Part shown: in pieces, positions 39,445-51,000 of the stretch
Position numbering within the stretch: the stretch's first letter is position 1
Layout: every line of letters starts with the position of its first letter
IMG/VR virus record: IMGVR_UViG_2909435987_000002
DNA: 64,000 bases
Strand: one strand, 5' to 3'
Origin: a virus
Made by a program: the position numbers and the translations under genes
Notes under the pieces: generated by a model
The model's input: the letters and a program-made list of their open reading frames with translations, nothing else
What the model was told of the DNA's origin: nothing
Database searches by the model: none

Positions 39445-41015
39445 CTTGTTACTTTTTTCTTATCTTTAATAGGTGATGCCTTAGGTATAGAGGGCATAAC
39501 TTTAGAATCTTTCTTAGCTTTAGAAGCGGTAGAAGAATTAGAACTATCTCCATCAATATTAGTATTCTGATTGATATTAATACGTTCTTGTCTTCTATCT
39601 GGGAAGATAACAGTAAAGTCATCTTTATCAATTTCTCTATCTGGGAATTCAACTAACTCTCTAACATGTTTGAAATCTATTTCATTAGAAGGATTAATAA
39701 ACCCTAGATTAGATAACGAATCAATAGCTTCTATAAGAGTCTTCAGTTCACTATTTCTAGTCGGTCTCTTTTGTATAGATCCACTTAAATAGGCTTTTGG
39801 GTTTCTTCTAGGATCAAAATTATATTGAATTAACTGTGCGCATAGCTGATTAGTAAAAGGCTGAACTATGCTATCAAATAGAGAAGATACAAATGTATTA
39901 AATAATTCTAACTGTCTTTCAGATGCGCCTCCACTTCCTAATCTATTAGAATTATCTCTCATAAGAAGATTAGGTATTCCCAATCCCATCATCATATTAT
40001 TATCACAAAGTTCTATAGCTTGATTGAAACTATCAGAGAAATTGTTTCCAGTAGTAATGGCTTCTACTTTAATAGGTTGATCTTTACTTATCTGTGTGAA
40101 CACTAATGCAGTTTCACCAGATAGATTCTGCATCTCTTCTGTTGTAACTTCATGTAGAGTCTTAGGTCTTATAGTTCCATCTGGCTCCTCTACTGTTTCT
40201 CTAGTATCTACTGGAGGTACGACAACATATATAAGAGGAGTGCCATATCTATCAAGAGCTACAGTTAACATATCTCTATAAGCTTCTTTAAAATAATGAT
40301 AAGGAAGCACGGGTTCTAGAATAGACTTTCCATATGGATTATTTCCTTCTCCATTAAGAGTTATATATACTCTTTTACTTTTAGGTAGTCTGACTAGGTT
40401 ACCTAAGATCTCTCTTTTAGAGGAGTAATATCTACTATTGAGTAAAGGATAAGGAGCTGGTACCCATACACCAGATTTGAAGGGACTATGTGTTACCTTA
40501 TCTCCATCTTTAACTACACCGAAATCATTTAAGTGTAAATATACTTGCAGTGGATGATAATTAATTAGACTATCTACCCATACCTGAGGAGTTTCATTAG
40601 GGCCTATCTTCTTCTGCCAATTTATTTCTGATACTCCATAACCACACCATAAAGAAGGAGTAGCTATTTCTATAATCCACTTCTTAATATTATCTTGAAT
40701 ATTAGCTTGTACAAAGTCATCTATTTCAGGATCAGGATGTGAATAGGAACCAATTCGAGCTATTAAAGCTTGAATAATATATTCTAAACCTTGTTTAATA
40801 ATAGGTTCTTTTCTTCTAACTGAATCCCAAGCAGCAAGTTGATAATAGGAAGGCTTGGTACTAAAAGAAAACTCCTCACCATTAGAATTATATGAAGTTG
40901 CTCTTCCTAACTGACTATATACTAAAGGCTGCTTTCTAAATATTGCAGTAGTATTAGATGGGGGATCTGTAGGAATTACTGATATATTGCCTTCTGTAGG
41001 ATGTAAATCAGCCAT
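39438..41015 (-). CDS. Putative portal protein
   Basis: 525 aa, immediately upstream (in transcription order) of the scaffold/MCP genes, with a basic K-rich C-terminal tail. Confidence 0.45.
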   Translation of the reverse strand: MADLHPTEGNISVIPTDPPSNTTAIFRKQPLVYSQLGRATSYNSNGEEFSFSTKPSYYQLAAWDSVRRKEPIIKQGLEYIIQALIARIGSYSHPDPEIDDFVQANIQDNIKKWIIEIATPSLWCGYGVSEINWQKKIGPNETPQVWVDSLINYHPLQVYLHLNDFGVVKDGDKVTHSPFKSGVWVPAPYPLLNSRYYSSKREILGNLVRLPKSKRVYITLNGEGNNPYGKSILEPVLPYHYFKEAYRDMLTVALDRYGTPLIYVVVPPVDTRETVEEPDGTIRPKTLHEVTTEEMQNLSGETALVFTQISKDQPIKVEAITTGNNFSDSFNQAIELCDNNMMMGLGIPNLLMRDNSNRLGSGGASERQLELFNTFVSSLFDSIVQPFTNQLCAQLIQYNFDPRRNPKAYLSGSIQKRPTRNSELKTLIEAIDSLSNLGFINPSNEIDFKHVRELVEFPDREIDKDDFTVIFPDRRQERININQNTNIDGDSSNSSTASKAKKDSKVMPSIPKASPIKDKKKVTSK

Positions 41016-41088
41016 TTAGATAAATAAATATATAAATTAATAAGTACTTATCTAACTTTACATAGATAAGTACTTATTAAGTAAGTAG

Positions 41089-41906
41089 TTAAGGTAGATG
41101 AAAAGTAGGTCTATTTATTGAAGCCATATGATTAGCAGGAGCTAAGTCTTCTATCTTTTTAGACATCTCATCAAAAGTCTTCTTCTGTTCTTTATTCTGC
41201 TCATCTACAAAATTACTTACTGAAGAATAAACAGCTTCTTGCCAAAACTCATCTAAAGCTAAATACTCTTCTAATGACATGTGAGTAATATTAGCTATTA
41301 TTATCCATTTATCTAAAGATGCCGCCTTCCTAATATTATTACCAACTCTTTCTACATAAGAATGTTTAATAAATATTAAATCTTCATCAATAGGATAAGG
41401 TTGATTTATAAACCTATTTGATAGAGTTAGAGAACCATCCCAATAAGCATGTCTATCTATATGATTAGGAATAATAGAACTAAATCTAGAGTATTGAACT
41501 AATACAGAATCTTCAGAGAAATAATATATTAGTTTAAATGGTTCTAGGCTGGTAGCTTGGCTGCTTTTGGTTTCTGCGTAGTATCTCCAGTCACTCCCAT
41601 TAACTTTTTTGCCTGGTCTTCAGCAGCTTTTCTAGCTTTCTCATCAAGAGAAAACATATTCATAAATACTTCCATATAGAAAGATTGGTCTCTTAAGTCC
41701 CAACTATCAAATATAGTAATAGGTTCTGCTTCCCAATATTGTTCTACTGCAATATTATCTACGTGGGTTAAACACTTTACTGCTAGTAAATCTTCTGCTA
41801 AATATCCTGCTGTTTTATCAAACTCTCTTAGAATATCTCTTCTATCTTTAAATGATGGAGCTCTAAAAGAAATGTCTTTACCACTAGGTAATTTAATATT
41901 ATACAT
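41089..41906 (-). CDS. Predicted -1 frameshift fusion product (~272 aa)
   Basis: The downstream frame is open from 41619 to 41089 but has no ATG/GTG/TTG start before 41280. It overlaps the upstream ORF by ~75 nt. The slippery heptamer A_AAA_AAG (mRNA GCA AAA AAG UUA) joins the two frames. Confidence 0.5.
41544..41906 (-). CDS. Short (0-frame) product of a frameshift gene pair (120 aa)
   Basis: ORF ending in TAG at 41544-41546. It contains the in-frame A_AAA_AAG at 41604-41610. Confidence 0.5.
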   Translation of the reverse strand: MYNIKLPSGKDISFRAPSFKDRRDILREFDKTAGYLAEDLLAVKCLTHVDNIAVEQYWEAEPITIFDSWDLRDQSFYMEVFMNMFSLDEKARKAAEDQAKKLMGVTGDTTQKPKAAKLPA

Positions 41907-42023
41907 AAACTCAATATGTCAGTTCTAATCTTCAATACTAGAGACTGTAGTTGCTAGAAAGTGGGCACTATTTAAATAGTCTTATTAGTTATATAGAAGA
42001 GATAGCATTAGGTATCTTTTCCC

Positions 42024-45000
42024 TTGAGTAAATATAATTATCGTTCTCTTTTCAGAAGAAGAAGAAGTAGAAGCTATAAATCCAATCCTCTACTTAATAC
42101 AGCTAGATTTAATCTATTGTTTAGAAGTAGTACTCCCTATGAGTATCAATCTCAAGAAGATTTATATAGGGGATTTCTTAATAATGAATATATGGAGATG
42201 GCTGAAAGAAGAGCCGAAGAATCTAATGCTGAAGCTGAATTAGCTGTTAAAAGAGCAGTATTAGATAGAGCAATAGATATATTTGATGCTTCTTTAGAAG
42301 AAGATGGATTAGATTCTAATGCTGTATATAAAAGATTATTTGGAGCTTTTGAGACTAGAAATCTATTTGATGATAATGACTTAGATAGAGAATTCTCTAG
42401 AGATTTACTTCATGACTTAAGTAAGTTTATGAGAGGAGAAGAAGTAGATAATAAAGAACTTATTCCTCAATATAACTATATAAGAGAAAGAGAAAGGGAA
42501 TTATTAGATAGAGAATTATTGGCGGCTCCTAATGCTAGTAAAGCCATCAATGATGATATAGAAAGATTTAAAGAAAGGGCTCATGGTACTAGTTCTAGTA
42601 TTAATACTATTACTGGAGGAGGATTAAATAGAAGTAAAAGTTTACTAGAAGATATTAACTTTGTTAATAGACCAGGTATCTTACCAGCAGTAGCTATGTT
42701 AGCTGAAGCTAATAAAGAATTCTTTATAGATATCTTCCAACTACAGAATAGAACAATACAAGACTACTACATAACTAATATTATCAATAGAGCTACTGCT
42801 TATAGAGAATCAATAGCTAGAGGAGAAAACCCAGATAAGTTTAGTTTTAATATAAGGATGGCATTCAATTTAGAAGCGCCTCATGATGTTGGTTCTATGG
42901 CAGGCATTCTAGGATCTAACTTGGGCTTCTATAACAAACTAATGAGATTAAAAGATTTATATAAAGATGATATAGATATTAATGTTCTATTCGCTGATAA
43001 GAAAAGCCACCCTAAATTTATAGTAACTGATAATTACGCCATATTAGGATCTCAAAACCTTACTGCTCCTGTTGGTAAATCTGTTTATCAAGCAGGATCT
43101 AACTATGAAATTATTAAAGTTCTTCATTATAAACAAGAAGGATATACCCCAGATGAATTAATAGAAGAGATTAGAGCTGGTAGAAAGAGTGCTAAAGATA
43201 TAGATGCTCAATCTCTTTTATATCTGCAAGCTAGACAAGTAATGAAAAGAACGTTTAATAAACCCAATGAAAAGAATCTTTCTAGTGAAGTGAGTAATAT
43301 AGGGGGCCCTGTAGAAAACTTTAATTTTCTTAAAGGAACTCTTGAGTATATAGATGGGGCTGGTAGAAGAAATGATGCCCGTATGTCTATGATTCTAAAC
43401 CAAGTATTCTTACTTCAATATGAAAAAGATTTAATGTTTGGTAATAAAGGTCTTATTAAAGGTGAAATGGGGCCTCATTCTCAACAATTATTTGATAGTA
43501 GAAATCAATATATTAATCAGAAAGCTCAAGTCTTTCAGAAGATGCAGAGACAATTCTTAGAGATGGTTATTGAAGGAAGAGGAGTAGCCTATGTAGATAT
43601 CAGAACTTATAGAGATAAAGTTCAAGATCCAGTAATGGATAAGTTAAGTGAAGTTGGATTATTAAAAAACTATAATTATGATCTAACAAAGTTAGTAGGT
43701 GACTTAGCAGTAGGTAATACTACTAAAGAAAGAATTAACTCTTTAACGGCTGAACTAAAGAAGTATAGCTATAAAGGACAGGCATTAGATGAATCTATGG
43801 CTGTTCAAATTATGGCTATGGCTAGTGGAAATATACAGTCTGTTAATGTAGCAATGCAGCATGGTAAAGAGTGGTTAGCAGAAGAAAGAGATAAGAGTGG
43901 TAAATGGGTTCCTATTGCTGCTAAGAGTGGATCATCTAACCCTAATATGTACTCTGGAGCTTTAGCAAATAATGAGTTTGAAAAAGATTTAACTAACTGG
44001 GAAATAGATTTTATTACTGCTAACGATAAGGTTAGAAAGCTGGCTAATGTACAGAGAGATAGAGGTACTTTTGGATTTGGTTTAAGTAGAAACCAAGAAG
44101 AAGAAATGATGAGAGATCAGGCTAATGCTTTTCATGAGAAGGTCAATGATATAAGAGTTAGAAGAATAGGTCAGATTGAATATAGTGATGTTTATCAAGG
44201 GGGAGAATGGGAAAAGCAAGTAGATAGAAGTAGATTGATGGAGCTACATGATAGGTTAAAGAATCTAACTAGTGATCTAGGTGTAGATAATATTATGTCT
44301 GTTGGAATTAATAGAGATAATCATAGTAGAGCTATATCTTTATCTGTTAGGTTAGATCCCTCTAGATTAGGAGTTAGTGGATTAGGGCCTATTAGTTATA
44401 AATTCACTACGTTATTAAATGGAGCAGGTAGAGATGAAGGTTATGTAATGGAACTTAATAAATCTAAGATGATTGGTAGAACAGAAGTAGTTAATACATC
44501 AGGAGTCAATCTAGTTACTGGATTTGAAAGGGATGGTAAACAATTAATAGTTCAACATGGACAAAGAGTAGGATTATCTCCTATAGAAAGTACTATTGCA
44601 TTACTTAGTTCAGTAGCGATAGAGGTAGGTAATCAAGCACTTATTAATAAACCTAGAGAAGAGTTTGATAAATATAGAGGTAATTATGATGCTATAGGAA
44701 GTATGGTAGTTAATTACCTATTAAAGATGAGTGGGGTTAATAGAAAAGATATATCTTCTCTATTAGATATGGATGGAGGAGATTTGTTATATGGGATTAT
44801 TACTAAGTTTGAGAATAGATTTACGGGTAGAGATGGCGGCGTATTAGATAAGGTTAGGAGTTTAAGTAATATTTCTTTAAACGATAGTAATAGAAATGTT
44901 CAGATAAGAAATCTAATTAATACGATGAAGTTAATGGCTCTTAATAGTGGTACTAGCAGAGCTGGAGTTCTAGTAGGAGGAAGTAATTTTGATAGCAGTA

Positions 45001-48000
45001 ATTCTATTATTAGTCAATTCATAGCTCTTATGGGTATGGATGAGTTTGCTGATTTAAGATATGACGTTATTAACGCTAACTCTAATAGCTTTTATAGAAA
45101 AGGAATTGAGCAGGGTATAAAAGAAGTTAGTAATAGTAAGTTTGAGGATAGATATTTATATGGACAAATAAATACTTATAGTGGATCTCAAGGAAGTAGA
45201 AAAGTTCCTATATATGGTTTTGATAGAGGAAGAGAAAGAGATGTTCGTATTATTAATAGTCAAGGAGGGCTAGCTAGTTTAGCTTTACTTAATTCTCCAT
45301 ATGCTTTTGGGCCTTCTAGTGATTTAGGTAGAGGAGACTTAGCTTTCTTCTCTGTAGCTGAAGGAGGTGGATCTAGAGAAATAGGTAATATTGGAGATGA
45401 TCTAACTAATGAAGCTTTACTTCCTTTCCATAGACATGCTGGTGTGGGTCATTTAACTCTTATGGATACTATAGAAGATAGTGGAGTTGGTGCCATATTG
45501 AAAGTTAGTGAAGCGGCTGATTATGCTAAAACTATTCAACATTTAGGTGGTGGTTTTGCTAGTAAGACTGGAGAGGATTATGTTGAAAGATTGAGAGAGA
45601 TGAGTGGAGAGGATGATACTTTCCTTATGTTTTACTTTGACAGAATTGGTAAGGCTTCTCAAATTAACCAAAGATTAAAGAATGTTGGTGGTACTAGACC
45701 TCTTATGGATCTAACTATGGAATACCAACAGCTTATAGATACTATGAAGGCTGTTAAGTATAAGAATAAATTTAGTAAGGGTTCAGTTAATGTGGCTACC
45801 AGTGATCAATTAAGAGCAGCTTATCTAGATGATCTAAGAACAGGATTAAAAAGTATTGGTAAGAGTAGTGATTTAATAACTAGCGATTATGCAATAGGAG
45901 CAGAGATAGGACAACAGTTAGCTCCAGTATTAAGCGCTCAATTAAGTAAGGTAGTAGAAGATATTAGATCACAAGTAATGAGTGAATTTAATTTCTCTAA
46001 AGAAGAAACTTATGGTGGTATAGGTGCAGAAATATTTAGGGCTAAGTTATTAAATGTTAATACCCATGCTTCTATGGATAGAGGAATGATGGCTTCTTCT
46101 AGAAGACATGGTTCTCCTATTATGCTTATGCAATTAAGCGGTGCTTATTCAGATTGGTATTATGCTAATCCAGAATATGGTGGTGAAGATGGCATGAGAC
46201 AGACTTTTATAGATAGAAGTGTTAAGACTGTTCAAGGAAGTAAGTTAAGAGCAACTATTTCTTCTAGTGATCTTATAGATGCATTAGGTATAGATAGCTG
46301 GAATATAATGAATAATGTAATGAGAGAAAGTGGTGAAATTATAGCTTTTGATAATGAGGATAGAAAAACTTGGGTATATAGATATGATGAGAGTAAGAAA
46401 GAATACATAAAAAAGAATGTAGTTGATAGTAGGAAACAGTTTCCCCTTATCAAAGATACTATTGAGAAAGTAGTAGAGAAACCCAGCTTTAGTTATGTTA
46501 GTGCTACTAGTAGTACTGCTTCTTTCTTCGAGGAGAATGCTAGAGAGGTATTAAAAGATATTAGGATATTAAGTGCCAACTTAGATAGTAATGAGATTCT
46601 AGTAGAAGTTAATTATATGAGAACTCTAGTACAAGGAGGAGGTAGAAGAACTGAATCTAGTGCTGGTGGTTTATTTAAAGGTGTTCCAATATTCACTAAT
46701 ATGAATGGAGTATTAGATGAATGGATAGGACAAAGGGGTGGCTCGTTAACTGGAGCTAATATAAGAAGGGAACAGATACAAGGTATAGCTAACCCTAAGA
46801 ACTTTAAGAGTTATTTCTTCTCTCATGGTGCAGAGATATTAACACAAGAAAGAGATAGTAAAGGTAATAGTAAATATTTAAAAGCATTACTTAATACAGA
46901 TACTAGAGTATTAGCCGCCTCATTATTGATGAGTATGGGTAATAGATTTGGTGGTGGAGGTAGTGATGAGGCTATGGTTGCATTAGCTGAATCTGCTAGA
47001 AGAGGAGATTTAGGAGAGTACTTTAAAAATAGATATCAATATATAGCACTTAATTCTGGTAGTACTAATGCCTTAGATATAGCTAAGGCGTTTCTTAAGG
47101 GTATTAATGCAGATCCTACTGGTGAGTCACTAAAAGTATTAAGTGGTAAAGATTCATTAACTGGTGACTTAGGTGATCTAAACGTTAAGTCTATTGGGTT
47201 TATTGAATATGATGATATAGCTAGATCTCTTAAAGGAGAAAGAGGGGCGGCTAATAATCTTAGAGATAAGTTGAAGTTATTATTATCAGATCCTACTAAA
47301 GGAATTATTAACCAAGAATATCTAGCAATGGATAAGAGTGGTAGAGGTAGAGAGTTGAGTATTATAGCTGGGGGAATAGATTTAATGGCGCAGCTTATTA
47401 CTTCTAAGGCTATTACTATTCCTGTAGCAGATGTATTAGGAGATGAGAATACTTTTAGAGAACTAGCTGCTATTGATGGTCAAGCTTATAGAAAGATTAT
47501 CGAGTCTGATAGGAAAGATGAATATGCTCAACTATTAAATTACTTAGCTAATACAAGTCATATAGTAGGTCTATTAGCTCCTACTGCTGCTTCTCAATTG
47601 AAAGTACCTGTTAGTAGTAAAAGTAAAGCCTATTTAGAAGCTCAATATCTAGTACCAGAGGCTTTCAGCGCTCAAGCTAATGTATTTAAGGATAGTGGTA
47701 ATGTAGCTAAGTTAAGAGATCTAGTATCTACCCTATTAGGTGCAATGATGGGCGGCACTGGAGATGAGTTTGTAGGGGCTACTAATAAGCTACAAGTATT
47801 TGATTTAATGGATGTCTATTCTAGAAGTCCATTATTCAAGAGTAAGATGCTAGGTTTCTATCATAGTGCGATAGGTAGTACAGGTCAGTTTGATTCTTTA
47901 AGAAGAAGATATGAACTATTTGGTACTATTCAAGTGATGATGGGATCTACTAGTTTTAATTACACAGAACAAGATAAACAAATGATTGCAAATCTTATTA

Positions 48001-51000
48001 AGAGTAGTAAGGTTGGCAGTATGGAAGATGTTAAAGGATTGTTAGGAGTTCTAGAAAAGAATCAATCAAGAGGTCAGTTTGAAACTACTCTTAGTTTAGG
48101 TATAGAAGGAGTAATGAAAGAGTTTGAAGCTGTATCTACTGAATATAAATTACTTAGTGATAAAGCAGAAGGTATTAGTCACGCTTATTCAGTGATAGAA
48201 GGGATGAGTAAGAGTGGAATGCAGAGAATGGGGTTCTCTTTCCCTCTACTAGAAATAGAAGGAGGTAAGGTCAGATTTAATAAAGCTGTTAAAGTATATA
48301 GTTTTGCCCCTTCTGCTGAAGATACTCGTATTGTAGGAGAACAATATGGGGATCAGATGAGTGAAGAAATAAAAATAATTATGGATGTTTGGGAAGGTTT
48401 AGCAGTAGGGACTCATGTTAATAAATTACTAGACAAGATAGCTGTCATGGGAGATGAGGGAGAAGTAGAAGTGGGATTGGAAGCAGCTAGAGATATTATT
48501 AGGTGGCAAGATAGCGCTATGAATATATTTCCTCTATTACATGGAGGAATAGCTGGTACTAGATTGCAACAGGTAATGGGTAATAAGACTCCTATGGAGG
48601 GAGCTAACTTTACTGCTGCTGGTTCTCTATTAGTTCCTAATGGAGTGTTGGTAGGAATGGATGCTATTCAGAATAAGTTTGGTGGTAAAGCAGCAGAAGA
48701 TAGAAAGAAAGCTTTAGTTATTCTAGAAGATAGAATAGGTAAGAATACTAATAGAATAATTAAAACTAAAAGACAGTTAGCTGAGTTAGAGGCGGCTAAT
48801 CCTTCTATTCCTTGGAAAGGTAAAGACTTTAGGGAGTATATGAAGAATGCTACTAAAGGTGAATTAGAAGCTGCTAGTAGAAGAAATGATTTACTTAAAG
48901 ATTTAGGTTATTATAACGACCATAGAAGATTACTTAGCGCTCAACATGTAATGTTGCATGATGGATTAGGGCCTAAAGGAACAAAACAAATAACAAGATT
49001 AATAGAAGAGTCTACTAAGATTAGAGAAGCTCTTAGTGCAGCTACTAATAATGATGATAAGGAAAGGATACTACTTCATATAGAAGATAGATTAGGTCAC
49101 TATCAAGATTTGAAAGTGGAGAGTTCTATTAGAGAAGGAGATTACTTTGCTAGATTAGCTGCTATTGCAGAGATGCAGATTCTTCAAGTGGAAGCTTTAG
49201 GTAGATTAGGTAGGAATAGTGGTAAGTACGGTGATACTACTATTGAAAAGATGAAAGCTAATACATTGGGTTTAATTAATGCTCCTTCAGTAATAGAAGG
49301 TCTTAGGTTAGGTAGTGGTAGAAAAGGTATGTACATGCCTAAGATGAGAGCTGAATCTCTAGCAGGTGAGATTAGAAAGGGGACTATGAATGTAATAGAT
49401 AGATTTAATGATGATAAGAGAAGTTTGAATGCTCAAGTTATACAAGAGAATATAGATATTGTTAGAGAACAGATTAAGCAGTACCAAACAGATTTAGAAA
49501 CTAAACATGGAGAGTTCTTCTTAAAGAGTCAGCTTAATCAAAAGATACAAGATATGTATTCTAGATTAGATGGATTCCAATCTAGATTAAGCAAGAGTAG
49601 TAGTCCAGAAGAGTTAGCAGATATTAAACATTTATTAAATAGTGATTTATCTAGAAACTTTGTAGAGCTAGATCTAGTTAGGATGAATTCATTTAGAGCT
49701 TCACCTATAGGTAATGAATTTATTACTTATAGTAAATATGATGTATTCTCACTTGAAGATTTAAATAATAGACTTCAAGAGAAAGGTTTTACTATGAGTT
49801 TTAATATAGATAGAAATAAGACTTTAGGTTTATTTCATCCTATAGGATTCTATACTAGTCAAGGCGGTGACTTTGATGGAGATAGTGCGGCGGCTATATT
49901 TGAACATAGTAGAAGATTAGATCTACAAAGAGAACATAACTCTGTAATTATTAGAAATATAGAAGAAAGTATTATTGATGTAACAAATAAGATTAGTAAC
50001 GAAACTGATCCTACTAAATTAGCAGATTTAAATAAAGCTTTAGATAAGTTAGAAAGTAGAAAAAATAAATATATTAATGAGAATAGAGACTTAAGTGTTA
50101 CTCTTCAACAGGTAGAGAAGACTAATAGTATTACTGAATTTAAAGATAAAGCTGCTAGTTGGGTAAGTAATTATCTAAAGATAGATAAGGCTTTTCTAGA
50201 AGGAAAAGATACTAATGTAATATTTAGCTTCTTAGAACATGCCAGAGATTTATTTGATGGTATGAAGAATATAGTTAATAAGCCTATGTTAGAAGGTCTT
50301 ATGGCTATAGGAAGAGATGAGAAAGTAGTTCAAGATAAAGGTGCATTTGAAAGATTAATTATAAGTCATAGTACAGGTAGTGATAATAATTTATATGAAC
50401 TATTAAAAACTGATAATGGATTAAGAGAAGATATTAGACAGAATTTAGTAAAAGCACATCAGAATAAAGATGGGTTTGATAAAGGTTTAACAGAGTATTT
50501 AGGTTCGTTGACTCAAGCTCAAGTAGGCAGTGATGCAATTCAAAAGTATCAGTCTAGAGGGTTAATGGGTGCGGGCATGAATACAGAGAATATGGAGATG
50601 ATGAATAAAGCATTAGCTCAAGCAGGTAGTGTGATATTAGGTAAGACTTATAACACTATGGCTGGGTTATTATATGCTGAATCTCCTATGTTAGCTATGG
50701 CTCATGCATTAGAGAATGATGATCCTGAAGGTACTCTAGGTAATCTAGTAAAGAGAAATATAGGAGATCAGGGATATCAGGATTTAATGCAGAGTGCTAA
50801 ATATGCTAGAGGATACTCCCAAGAAATGGGGGGATTTCTACAAACTGTTAATCAGATTATGAGAGATTCTATTAAACCTAAAGATGCTGCTGGATTCTTC
50901 AGAGAATTAAATGATAAGTTAGATGCCTATAGAAAAGCTAATGAGAAGGATAAAGATAGAATTATACAAGAGTTAGTAGAAGACTTCGGGCCTGGATCTG

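Noticed and set aside
41960-41980. 12-bp palindrome CTATTTAAATAG upstream of the giant gene
   Set aside because: It is short and AT-only, and plausible by chance in ~30% GC DNA. It might still be part of a promoter.
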